Positions 27,121 through 40,150 of a stretch of 64,000 nucleotides of DNA are shown piece after piece. The stretch lies in the NCBI RefSeq assembly GCF_018977255.1, contig NW_024704743.1, forward strand, positions 113,772,001 through 113,836,000. Reading direction: 5' to 3'. The notes beneath the pieces are model-generated. The model did not search any database. It was not told the DNA's origin and saw only the letters and a program-made list of their open reading frames with translations. Every line of letters starts with the position of its first letter. Positions within the stretch are counted from its first letter, which is position 1. This stretch comes from Callorhinchus milii (taxonomy: Eukaryota). A program made the position numbers and the translations under genes.

Positions 27121-30100
27121 GTAGGACCATAGTTACCTCCTCTCATTCCAAGGCTCCCCCTACTTTGGTATAGACCCAGTGTAAGATACTATAGTAAAAT
27201 TCTGCAAATTTTACTGTAGTATCTTACACTTGGTCTATGAATCCAGTTCAATAAAACATATGAGGAACAGAGCAAATCTCTGTACAGAACCCTGAGGCAT
27301 CTTGTTTTGTACCTTTCCTCATTTTGATGTGGTTCCACCAACAATGACCGTCTGCTTCCTTACTATCAGTAGCCAAGCTTTCAGGCACTTTGCCCCTGCA
27401 CTCTGGAACTCTTTTCTGAAATCCCTCCACCTCACCCCCATCTCTCTGCTCTCAAAACCTGTTTATATAACACCTTCCACGCTGCCTAGCCTGGTGGGCA
27501 CTATATAAATGCAAGTTGTTGTTAAAGACCTATCTCTTTGCCTCAGCCTTAGGTCACCTTCCTCTGCCCCATTCATCTCCTTGCCAGCTTAGTGCTCCCA
27601 CTCCATCTTTGTAAAGTGCTTTGAGACATTCTCCCAAGGTGAAAGGTTCTGAATAAGGACAAAACTCCCAATATAAACACAATGCACAATTTAGACCACA
27701 ATGTGAGCATACCATGGGAAATCCCATTGACTAACCATATCATTACAGACTGCTTAGAAGAACTTTCAGAAAACCAACTTCAAGATTAATACTCTATTTA
27801 AGAATTTGCAAGTCTTCTACAGACTGAAATGCTAAATAGAGTAAATCTAGAGCAAGGTGCAACTTCCTCCCTTTGATCTCCTCCAAAGGAGTTTCAGATC
27901 TGATGCCTCCATGTTACCAAAGAAACAACAGCAGATCCACAGACATATCAGGAATTATTTTTTCTATTCTCTCATTGGAAGTGTTTGCCTAAAAATACAC
28001 TAACTGCACTTCACAGAAAAGTTCTGTGAGGCTATTTGACATTTCAGTGTTAGAGGTGAAGTATGAAATAATAATAATCCTTGCATTTGATACAGTGCCT
28101 TAACACGTCGTCGAGAAGCGCTTCACAGGAAATACTGTTAAGTGAATTAACTGTATTTTGTGGGTGAAATACATAATTCACTTTACAGTATATTCTAGGC
28201 TTAGGGTTATATTATTATTAAGTGGGACACTAAAATCCCGCACAACTAAGATGCTAGCTCTCTTTTTATATACACTACCTTGCATCATGCTGCTAGGTCA
28301 TTTAGCTCTTTTGTAATATCTATATTTCTGCCCTTACATTGTATGAAAGGGTCAGTAGTTCTCCTGCAATAACCAGCCCAGGAAAGCTATGTTTATTTGT
28401 TCCTGAACATGTAAATTGCTGAAATATGACTAAGACATAAAGGAATATGCAACTAATTCTCAAGAGTTCAGGTTATATAATGTTTCTAAGATTTTAATTT
28501 CATAAAGCATTAGCCTCTGGAAAGATTAGGGTAAATAATACTGAGATGATCAGGCATATCACTTCAAGGCAATCCTTTAACCTGACTACCGGCTGTTTCT
28601 GTGTTGTAATCTATATATATATTTGGGAACTTGCACCTTTGGGATTTAGTACTTGAAAAAAGTTACATTAAAAAAAAGTGAAATGTGCAGAACTGTGCCT
28701 TGGCGACATGGGATTATGTCCAGCTCATAATGCATATGCTCCGGAGAGGATGAACATGGCTGGTTGCTTATTTAAGGGTTGAATAGTCATGTTTTTAATG
28801 TTGAATGTACGCTTCCTGTGGGTTCACACTCAGCCATCTCCGTGTAACCTGGCTTCCCCCACCTCTCTATCACTTTCACTCTTATAGCAAACAGGCCATT
28901 AAGACCAAATCAGAGATGCTGTTGAAAATTCTTTGCTCTGTGGAGCTTGACCCATGTAGCATTTACAAAACTTAATCACCTTTAACAAGTTCTCAATGAG
29001 TTTAGCTGCTTGCTTTCACAGGTAGCAAAACTGCTTTTAATTAATGACACCTTAAGGGGTGAGAATATCAAAAGTTGTACAAGACCTAATTATTCCACGC
29101 ATTCCTGATTTTTCACTGTCATTTAAATACCCTAATTTGTAAATATTGAGATTTCCTGAACAATAACTGAGCGGCACACCAAAAGGTACAAAATTTATGT
29201 TACCAGATAAACAATACAATACATATGTACATTTATCTAGCACTTTTCATGTCAGGAGCACGTTCAAAGTACAACAACGACTTGCATTTATACAGAGCCT
29301 TTCACCCAAGGAGGGAAAAATGACCAAAAACATGGTCAGAGAGGTAGATTTTGAGACACATATTGAATGCGCTAAGGGAGAGAGGGAGATCAGATATTAG
29401 ACATTCAACCACTCATGAGCAAACTGTTAAAAAACATCAACAAGGTTATGTCAAAAGTATCATTAATATTCAAAGAATATTGAACCCTCAGCAAATAAAG
29501 AGATAAAAACACAGATTTAATTTTTTTTGATCTTTCTTGGAATCAAAAGTATTATTGAGATGGTGACTTCACCAGCAGCTAGCTCCAAGATATAATATAA
29601 TCCTTCCAGGGCATATTTTATCGTGCTTTCATTAATTATCTTCCCCTTATTCTCTCTTACCATCATCTACCCTCATTCAGTCAGGAAGCTGAGATCATCT
29701 TCAAGAGGATTTAATGAGATTTAAATAGCAAAAATTCATAGCAGGAATCCTCAACAAGAATTTAACGTCTCATTTGATGGACAGCACCTCGGACAATGCA
29801 GCACACCCCAGCCTTGGGACTGGAAAGTCAGTTTAGACTATGAGCTCAAAGTCCCAAGCCTAACTGGCCTCTCTTTTTATCCTTGCATTTGATATAGCAC
29901 CTTATCACGTCATTGAGACACCTCAAAGCGCTTCACAGAATATACTAGTGTAAGTGAATTGGCTGTCTATTTTGTGGGCAAAACGTGGCAGACAATTGCA
30001 CACAGCAGTGTCCCACAAACAGTCATGGATTGAGTGACCATTTTTAAAAAAAAAGAGATTTCAATTCTTAGAACTGGAAGTACGTTGACACCGAACCTGG

Positions 30101-31696
30101 AGGAAGTCCGCTCTGGACGATATTGTATCGTAGCAGAATTCCTGGGGATTGGGGTTCCGTGCTTCCAGTTATCAGAAGAAGTCTCCTTTTATGACTCCAA
30201 GACTGTATGAAATAATGCCATTACGAATCGCAACAATTTAGTTGCCAGTATTCAGGGTGCTCCCTGACTGATGGAGATTGAGCCAGGTTCAAGGAAAATC
30301 TTATTACATTTCAACACTGAATCTCTCAGCAAAACACAAGTCAATAAAACTCACAGATGCACTTGAGCAGCAGACAGCCCAGGGACTGTCTGGGTGACTT
30401 AAGCTTGACAAGCTGCTCAACTTATTGGGCCACCCAAGGACTGTCGCACATAGTTCTGCAGCTCCATAAATTTCTCCACTGCTCCTTTGTACTAGTCATC
30501 ATTAGAAGTCCTGTTGTTCCAGATGTGATATGGTATATAGTACAATAAGTGTATTTTGGAAACTTTAGAAGAAAGTCAGTACTTAAGGGTTAAAATCAAT
30601 TAAGTACAATCCTCATTTTTGTTTCTGCTGAAATGGTTTCTGCAGCTGGCTTTGACGTGTCACACTCTGAATCAGCCGTAATGAGCTCTCTAATGCTGTG
30701 TTTATACTGAAGCTTCACTCCTGCTCCCACATAGCTAGCGATGTGCTGAGGGAAGCCCAATTTATACTCCACATCGCTTTGAATTGGAGCCAAAAAAATA
30801 TTGCCTTTGGCTCATGTGCAGAATACCAGAATGGGGTATATGTCCTTTAACATTATTAAAGAGCCAGTTGGGCAACCATCTTTTTAACAATGTTAAAAAA
30901 GGATTTTATCCCAAATTCACAAACTTACAGCCTCTCGGGTTCAGATTAATCCTGATTCTTGCTTCTATTGCTTCCTCAGTAACAATGCCCTCAGGCTTTC
31001 CATTCAGATTCCATCAGTCTCCAAATGGAAATCTTAGAAATCAAGCATATTTCTCAAATCCTGGGTACGCTCCCTACCCCGTCAAGTGTAATGTTAATAG
31101 GATATTTGGAAGGACGTTTCTTCCAGTATTCTTGCCAACAATCGCCCAGAGAGAAAAATAATTGATTATTCACTCGATGGCTGTTTGTGGGACATTGCTC
31201 TCCCCAAATTGGCTGCCGTGTTTGCCTGCAAATATACAGTCTTTGCAATAAAATCCTGTGAAGAGCTTTGAGACTTTATGGTGTGATGCGGATATTAGAT
31301 CAAATGTTAGGATTAATAAATATGCTCGTACAAATATTATCTTATTTTTGTTGGAAAGTTATTTCTCCGTTTCCAGTTTAATTGAGCTCACCTAAAACAT
31401 AGCACACCTAAAACTACTACATGAAAACATTGAGAGCGCTGGAATTATAATAGAAAGTAATCCTTGAGTTCGATATGGCACATTCTTAATCATTGGAATG
31501 TCTCAAAGCACTTCACAGAATTTTAATGTGTAGTTAATGTGCATTTTGTAAGCAAATGAGCAGCCAATTTGACATAGCAAAGTGTGCCCCTCAAACAATC
31601 ATGAAGCAAATGATACATATTATCTACAGGATAGTTGGCCAGGACACCAGGGGCAATTCCCTTCTCTTTTTGAAGATTCCATGGGATCTTTATCAT

Positions 31697-32065
31697 CCTG
31701 TAGCTGAGTGGTTAGAGCACTCGCATTGCAAGCGAAAGGACCTGGGTTCAATTCCGAGGAAGGGCGAATTGTTAGCCATGTTTCCTTACTCCACACGCCT
31801 CTGTTTATCTTGCAATAAGTAGGAACTCAGTTGTTAATCAATTGGCAGATTGTTTTTCCAGGAGTAAAATCCCTTCAAAAAAAAGAAAAAAATAAATAAT
31901 AATTTTGTCACTTGTTTGACATTGCTATACACAATTGGCTGCCGCGTTTCACCCACAAAATATATAGTAAATTCACTTTACAGTATATTCTGTGAAGCGC
32001 TTGAAGACATCTCAAAGATGTGATAAGGCCCTATATCAAATGCAAGGATTGATATTATTATTATT
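31697..32065 (+). mobile_element. tRNA-derived SINE inserted into an older minus-strand SINE (~31455-32252)
   Basis: Host sequence atgggatcttta..|..tccacctgaacaagcag is split by the insert. Confidence 0.85.
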
Positions 32066-35000
32066 TTCCACCTGAACAAGCAGATGACATCTCGGTTTAA
32101 TGTCTCATCCAAAGGACAGAACCTCTGACAATGCATTACACCTAAGCATTGCAATGGTATGTCAACATGGATTATGAGCTCAAAGTCTCAATGAGGGTCT
32201 TGAACCCACAGTTACAGAGACAAGAGTGTCTCCAATTGAAACAAGCTGACATCAAATTGGCACCAGTTGACACCAAACATTCATGTATATACAGCAGACA
32301 GCCAGTTCTCCATCTATAACAGTGACAAAGGTTCAATAGTAATTGTTGTCGTTTCTCATTCTGGGCATTTTAATAAGAAAAAGTTGTACTTCGCATCTCA
32401 TTCTCTCTCTCACATGATCTATGAGGTCAAAAATGTTGCATTTACAACACAATTCAAGAAGGATTCATAATTATCAAATCCTTCCCACAACTGGATGTGT
32501 GTCACACTGAATTCCTTCCAGGATCATTGGAGCAGAGTTTCTGTGCATCTGTTTGTCGCAATTCCAGCATTAAATGATAGCTACACATTGCTTTTGAATC
32601 CTGCTGCAAATACTGAATTTTAGCCCCCTCCATGATGGATGTTCAGGAACATTCACAATGTTAGAGATGAGCCAGTGTGTCCTTGCCCCTGAGTACACCC
32701 AGCATTTAACTCTGAAGAAACAGCATTTTTTGTAAAAGCGACACATTTATCTGATCATCGAGTAAACAGAAAGTGTGTAATTAACCTTTATCGCTAACGT
32801 CTATCTTTGACAGGAGCAATTTGTTAGCATGGTTTCTTTGATTTAACAAGTAAGCATTAAGGGCAAATCCATGAATCATAATACTGCTCTTAATACCACA
32901 GATCCCACAAACGAACCAATTTGAGTCATGTTCTGTCCATGAGGCAATCAGATGTCAAAAGACAGTTCAAAATTCCTTTCATATCAACCACATCTCATGG
33001 CTGGCCTGCAGTCGTGCTAATTAAAGCCACATTTATGCTTGGGAGTTCATTAGGAAGGAACTTGGCTTCAATTACTTTGCATGCTTCAGAAATATAATAG
33101 ACTGAGAGTGCTCAGATTAACAATTTTAAACGTCTGAAGTTGAAATGTTGAAAATGTTGTTTTAATTAAATTAGAATTTGTTTGTGTTTATTATACTATC
33201 CCTTATCCAAAGTCACATTACTGCCTAGAAGAATAAAGCTACAGCCTATTGAAGTGATAGTTCACACACTGGTTAATCCCTTGCAACTGTCTGCCTTTAT
33301 TGAGTGCTTCTGACAATGGTCGATTAGTGCTGATGTTTAAAAGGCTTTCATGTATGCAAGAACTGTGAATTTGATCTGAGCTAAGAACCTATTACTACAC
33401 TCATGTTTATTTTCAAACCAACTACTGTTTCATAGACCAAAGAGTTTTGATGCACTCTGCATGCTTTTCAGGTGAGCTCATTGTTGCCACCACATATCAG
33501 ACTAGATAAAAATATGTTAACTTTACACAATTCCTGGGAATTCCATCCTTCTTACACAGCAGGCTCGCTAATTTGAACATAAGATAGATTTTTTTTAAAT
33601 GAGCTCATATTATTCATATTTTATTTTTCAGAATAATGCTATTTTTACATTTAAAACCTTCTGCCAGTTGTTAATTTACAAATGCATTAATTCCTTAAGG
33701 AGTAATTATAAGGATTCCTTTCCCCGTTTTTAATTAGGGTTACCAGACTTTTGCTTGACCGCCTAATTATTCCAGAGTGCTTTTGATAAAAGAATTTCAA
33801 CAAAGCTTCAACAATGGAGTACATCTAATGTTGCATTTTCCATTATGGATGTAGATCAATACTACACCATCATAATTATTCCCAACCATTCGTCATCAAA
33901 TAACTGTTATTAACTCAAGGAAAGGGTATGAAATGATGAAACACAGCTCTTTTGGGAAAGAATACACTTTGGCTCTTAAATACATATAATAAATCTAACT
34001 TTGTCTACATGAATTTTGCATGCTTTTTGTCTGTCAAAATAGATGATTCATCATTACAAAGGTTCGCCCATTTCATCCATTGTCTACTCTGATGTCATTA
34101 AACTCTATGCTGACACCACCTCAACATGTTAATACATTTTGCAACCATTTTTGGAGCCATGTTTTAACCTTTTTTTATCTCTTAAGCTGGACAGTTGAAT
34201 ATTCAATTCAAAATGATTTGACTTTTTATGAACATACTATGGTGGGCCCAAATAGAAAACTCCAGCGGCTTTTGTGCTATCCCCAACACATCGAACTCCT
34301 CCAGGGTGATTTCACCAAGCAATGCTGGAAAAATTACCTTCATTAGTTCTCACATAAGGAGCAAAATTCTGAGTCAACTCACAGTATAATTTCCTGCCAC
34401 TTATTCACTCTGTTTTTGTGCTTTGCCACTCAAGTGTATAATTTTCCACACATTAATAGCTATTTTTATACCATATGCCGTTACGGTATCTTGGGGAGAA
34501 TGATATTCCAATCTCATGGAATATCAGGTTCTGCAACATTATGGTAATGGGAATGATCAAGTACTCCAGGGGAATTTTTTGTAAAAAAGTGGTCAAATGT
34601 CCACTTCAACGGGAAGGTGTTATATTCCATCAAACACTGCCTCCCAGTTTTAAACCATTCCCTGCAACTCTGACAGGATCATTATTTCATCCACAAAACA
34701 CAGACAGTCACACCACTTTACAGTAAATCCTGTGAAGCCCTTTGAGATGGTGTGAAAAGGTGCTAAATCTATTATTATATTATTGATTTCTATTCAAGCA
34801 AGGCAAGCAAAATTGAGAGGTTGAAAGAATGTGCGTTACACAGTGAGTTGTTAGAGTACAGAACACATTATCATTAGTGTCTGAAGAAGCCAAGTCCATC
34901 ACAGCATTTAAAAAAGAATAGTTGAGAAAAGATAATATCAAAGGATATGGAGGGTGGGGAGAGAACAGGAGAATGAGATTTAAAGCAACTATAAATAATT

Positions 35001-35347
35001 ATAAATTATTGTTAACTGTTCACCGACAAAACACACAGTCCACTTTACAGTAAAACCCATGAAGCATTTTGGAACGTCCTCTCAACATGAAAGGCGCTGT
35101 AGCAAATCTAAGGATTAGGATTATTATTACTTTAGTATCTCATTTTCCATGGCCATAGTTTTCTATAAAATAAATTTATTCTATTTTTGTTTCGATTTTT
35201 TTTTCCAGGCAACAGAGAAGACTAAAAGCTTTAGTCTCATGAAAGTGGCCTTGTTCCAGTTATTAGCATCTCATGAGGTTACCAGCAAGGCAACCATATT
35301 TGTGGAGCTTTACCTCACCTGGATTCTGTCAGATGCCACACTGGCTC

Positions 35348-35749
35348 CACAGAATATATGAAGTGACACCATATGGTGTCCACAGCCATTTGTCATTTTG
35401 GCAAATATATTTACCAAGTAAATATATCAATTCTCATTTCTTTCAGTTTTATATAGACTCGGATTTCCGGCACCCTTTTGCAGAACGTACAGCCCAAACA
35501 TATTAAAGTTTACAGCACAGAAGAAGCCCATAGTCTGGCACACTTGGGATTTCGGCAGTTTCGCTTTATTCAGTCACCATTGTAAGAAAAGCCTTGTGGA
35601 AAGGCATATTAGTCTTCAGCTCGTATCCTCCCGTGCCAAGTGATCCACATTTATTGCACCTTCAGAAGTTCTGCTGATGGATGCATTACAAAAAAAGGCA
35701 ACATGCAGTTTAATTATTCACCACATGGTGTCACTTCATATTTTCTGTG
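35348..35749. repeat. 31-bp inverted repeat pair enclosing ~340 bp (MITE-like)
   Basis: 35348-35378 versus the reverse complement of 35719-35749: 29 of 31 identical. Confidence 0.7.
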
Positions 35750-36042
35750 AAAGGTGTTGTGTAAATTGTATTGTCTTGGGTCAGAAAAAGTTGTTGACAA
35801 TGAACTCACAGGCAGAAATTGCTCTTGTGCATATTCTATAACTCACTGTCCGCTCAGCAGTAAGTTTAATTAAAGGTTATTAAACATCCAATTATTACCA
35901 AACTCTTGTCTCAGTGAGATATCATTATTTGTGTTTGGAGAGGAGATGGCTAGAAAGCCACAATGATCAGGGAGTACAATCAATTCTCCTTTTATTGCTT
36001 TGAAAAACAAAATTTCGAGTGATTTTGGATTGTGTTCGATTC

Positions 36043-36776
36043 TTATTCAAGTAGAAACATTTTTTGGCGCAAATATTTTCTTTTGTGATATGTGTCAGCT
36101 TCATGATTCCTTTGACTGTTTTCATTTTGACCATTAGACAAGTTTCCATCAACCTCATCATAATACACCTCTGAGCCTGTTCCATTGTTCAAATTGTTTG
36201 ATTCCTCAACATCTGTGTTTTTTGCATAACTATTAGGTTGGAAAAATACATAATATAAAATAAGACAAAAAATTCCCATAACTAATGTAACTCCTATGAC
36301 TATGCTGACCGGCAGATCATAACCCTTATCAAATGATGGGTCTTTCAACAACCAACACAACAAAACTATCACAAAGGTCTCAACGATTCTGAGTACATAA
36401 TAATAACCCATGGACAGTCTTGTATTCTGGCCTTTTATATTAAAAAAGGTGAAAATCATGATAATGCTAACAACCAGTCGATAAATAAATTCTTGGCATT
36501 TGGAAGTTGTAAACTTGGTGTTCTGCTTCAAGACCCAAGTGATCATGATAATCCACATGACAGACACATAAGCAGCAATGCCAATGATGTGAAGAGTAGC
36601 CAGTAGAGTCATGCTTAAAATCTTGGAACAAAGTGTCAGCCACTTATAAAGTACATAGGTCACATAAGGCAATCCACAAACTAGCTTCTTTTTTAAGGGC
36701 AATGATTTTCTTAGTGCCACATAATAGTCCAGGGTTGCCCATGAAATGGATGTGCATGATGCAATGACGGACAGAT
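36043..36776 (-). CDS. XKR9: XKR9 coding exon 3, last (734 bp)
   Basis: Acceptor tgtcttttgcag|AT; (Y)LSVIASCTSISWATLDYYVALRKSLP...FTFFNIKG...DEVDG...MFLLE*; multiple hydrophobic helices; spliced total 329+188+734=1251 nt = 416 aa plus stop. Confidence 0.95.
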
Positions 36777-37824
36777 CTGCAAAAGACAAAACACAGCGAC
36801 ATTGTTGAATATTCAGTCAATATTCAATTCACTTTACAGTATATTCTGTGAAGCGCTTTGGGACGTCTAGAAGACGTGAAAAGCGCTATATCAAATGCAA
36901 GGATTATTATTATTATTATTCACATATTGTGCAATACTTCACAATATTGACAAGAGACACTGCAGGCTCAATATTAACCTCAGAAAACACAAAATGCTTC
37001 CCATCATCTGATATTCCCCTTCACTCAAAGCTCAGAAGTAAGACTTCAGAACGACCTGTTCCAGAAACCCTCTGTGGTACTTTTTTTTTGGTCAGCCGGG
37101 TGTCTGATACATGCGGAAATCCATCATCACACTTAAAAGAATCCAAACCAATCAGAGGTCCATGCAACCCATTTATACATGGCCATTTTAGAGATACGGC
37201 CATTTTAGAGATATTTATTAGAATGGAAAGTCCACTTTCTCCCTAGAAGGATGCATCCTGCTTATCTAATCCCAGAGAGTATTAGGAGCAGGTAGGCAAG
37301 AGCCAAGACCTGCGGATTCCAGAGGAATCCAACCAGCTAAAAGTCTGGCATAGTGGTAGCACTCTCGCCTCTGAATCAGAAGGTTGTGGCTTCAAGTGCT
37401 TGTGGTGTGTTGCATTGCCAGGGGTGCCGACCTTCGGATGAAACATGGATGAGGTGAATGACTATTAACCAAGACACCAGAAAAACCTGTTCGTTTTTCA
37501 AATTATGTCACGAAAGCAGGATAGATCCCTCCAGGGAAAGAGTGCATACTCCATTCCAAAGACGGGAATTTCCATGTGTAGGTGGGACACATGGAGCTCT
37601 CAGTTTGGTTTGGAAACTCTTAAGCATGATGATGGGTTACTTCATGTGTCAGATATCCGGCTGAGCAAAAAAATTAATGTCCACCTGAAGAACCGGCTGA
37701 CAGGACCTCGGTGTCAGGTCTGAACTGAAAAATATCACTTCAATTACATAGCATTTCTCTGTAAAACACAAGGCTCCAGTCCGATTGTGATTTATACTGC
37801 ATATTTCCCAGTGAATCTTCATCA

Positions 37825-38125
37825 CCAACAACAACAGCCCCTCACCCAGGGTAGCGACCCAGAGCACTTGACAGTGGCGGAACACAACATTGATTCGGTG
37901 GTGGGGGGAGGTGATTGTAGGCACGGTCGAAGAGGAAGGGTGGTCAACGGTATCAAAGGCAGCAGAGAAGTCAAGGAGGACGCGGAGGCAGAGAGAGTCC
38001 TGGTCCCAGATGGACAAAATGTAATCGGTCAGAGATGTAGATGGCAGGGCATGAATGGATTTGAAAACGAGTGTGAGGATCTTGAAATCAATCTGTTTGG
38101 CGATAGGGAGCCAGTGGACCCTAGC
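37825..38125 (-). mobile_element. Rearranged L2 fragments in XKR9 intron 2
   Basis: HWLPIAKQIDFKIL fused to LLDFSAAFDTVDH and a 3' tail. Confidence 0.75.
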
Positions 38126-38220
38126 GCCAAAACCCACAGTGATTCATAGCCAAACATGCAGCATACACATAGCATAAGAAGTCTGCAAACCTTTTGTTAC
38201 CTAGAAGATAACAGACTTAC

Positions 38221-38408
38221 ACTGAATATAATTTCTGTGCTCATATTGCAGCAGGATGAAGGTCTGAAGAATGAGTTGAGGAGCAGTTTCCAGAAATGCT
38301 TCAAACAATCGCAACATGCTCAGGTCAGTTGCTAGGTAGATGGCTTTCCAGTGATCATCTTGGTCTTTAAATGCTGTCATATATCCACATTTCAGTACTA
38401 AAAAGATC
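38221..38408 (-). CDS. XKR9: XKR9 coding exon 2 (188 bp; not in the ORF track)
   Basis: Acceptor tttaatttaaag|G, donor T|gtaagt; translates (R)IFLVLKCGYMTAFKDQDDHWKAIYLATDLSMLRLFEAFLETAPQLILQTFILLQYEHRNYIQ with the XK E-x-x-P-Q motif; phases match exons 1 and 3. Confidence 0.95.
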
Positions 38409-39164
38409 CTTTAAATTAAAAGTGAGAAAATATTTTATGAAGATAAAGCAGCATCAAGAAAAGCTTTATTATTAATTAGACACAGAGCAAGAGACTGGAG
38501 CATTTATTATTAATTGAAGGAGCGAAAATACCTAGTGAACCAATGACCCCCACTCCACCCCTCCCCAATTCTTATCACAATGTTTGGGCCCAAAAGCAGG
38601 CTCATGCTGTGCAATCCAATCCCAGTCTGCGGATCAGTATGTTGGTTAGCAGGACATCAGCTTTACTGTTTTGTTAATAAAAGCCATAATCCCATTATCC
38701 AGGATTCTAACATAAATCCATTGCCAACTTCAGGCTCAACAGCTCTGACGGAGTCGGGGTGGAGGAGGGGCAGTCATACCCATGGACCAGTCGATGTCCA
38801 AACAGCAACTAAACATGTTGACATTTTTCAACAGTATAATAATTAACTAACACAAGCCAACTCATGGAGCCTGCGTGGAATCTTTGTGTTTCGTTCAGCT
38901 CTCAGCTCTCCTTCAAACTTGTCATTTAGGCTCTAATCAATCCAATTTCCTCCATCTCCATAATGTCATTGCCTTACTTCCATTGCAACCAAAATCTTCA
39001 TCCGTACCTGTGTCACCTCCAGACCTGACTTTTCTAATGTTCCGTCAACTCCAGTCTGCTTTATGCCCTCTGTGAATTGGCCTTCAGACACTTTCTCTGG
39101 AACTCTCTCCTGAAATCTCTCCGCCACGCCCCTTCCCTCTTTCTTTTCAAATCCCACCTTAAGA

Positions 39165-39587
39165 TATAATAATAATCTTTGCCTTTCACATCCAATGGAT
39201 ATCTAAAAGTGTTTCACAGGATTGACTGTAAAGTGTGACTGCATTTTTGAAGGTGAACGCAACCATTTTGTATACTGCAATGTCCCACAAACAGCCATGA
39301 AGTGAATGATCAAATTTATTTGGGGAGATTGTTGGCTAGGACACTGGTAGAAACTCCTTTCATCTTTCCTCAAATTGCTTAACAGAGGTTCGGGTTAACA
39401 TCCACCTGAACAGGCAGCTGGGGCTTCAGTTTAATACCTCATCCGAAGATTGATAAGTCTGATATTATAGTACTCCACCAGCACTCTACTGGCATGTCAG
39501 CCGAGAACAAGAGCCGAAAGTGCCAACATAGAGTTTGAACTCACAGTCTTTACTGATGAGATTGCTATCAACTGAGCCAAGCTGACA
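39165..39587 (-). mobile_element. Older DeuSINE-like SINE, XKR9 intron 1
   Basis: Reverse copy, head to tail. Confidence 0.72.
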
Positions 39588-39831
39588 TATTTAGCTAATT
39601 TACGGTCACTTCACTTTACAGTCTATTCTGTGAAGTGCTTTGAGACATTGAGAAGACGTGAAAAGCGCTATATCAAATGCAAGGATTATTATTATATAAA
39701 TTTAATCTCTCTTCTCCATTCCTTCCAGAACACCCAATCTATTCAGAAATAAAACACAATGCTGGGTGACGCACCCATTTCAATCCAGCAAACCTCAAGC
39801 TCATCTACATTTATGCATTCATTCCTCATTA

Positions 39832-40150
39832 GGAGTCCTGTAGCTCCGTGGTTAGAGCATTCGCCTTGCAAGCGAGACACCTGGGTTCAATTCCAGGCAG
39901 GACGAAATCTTGGGCAAGTCTCCTTACTCCACACGCCTAATAATAATCCCTCCAAAGCAAAAAACAATAATAAATTGGTCATTTTCAATCCACAACTGTT
40001 TGTGGGACACTGCTGTGTGCAATTGGCTGCCGCGTTTTGCCCACAAATATAGGGTCAATTCACTTTACAGCATATTCTATGAAGCGCTTTGAGACGTCGA
40101 GAAGATGTGAAAAGCGCTACATCAAATGCAAGGATTATTATTATTATTAT
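39832..40150 (+). mobile_element. tRNA-derived SINE, short variant, XKR9 intron 1
   Basis: Same family; complete head to tail. Confidence 0.92.
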
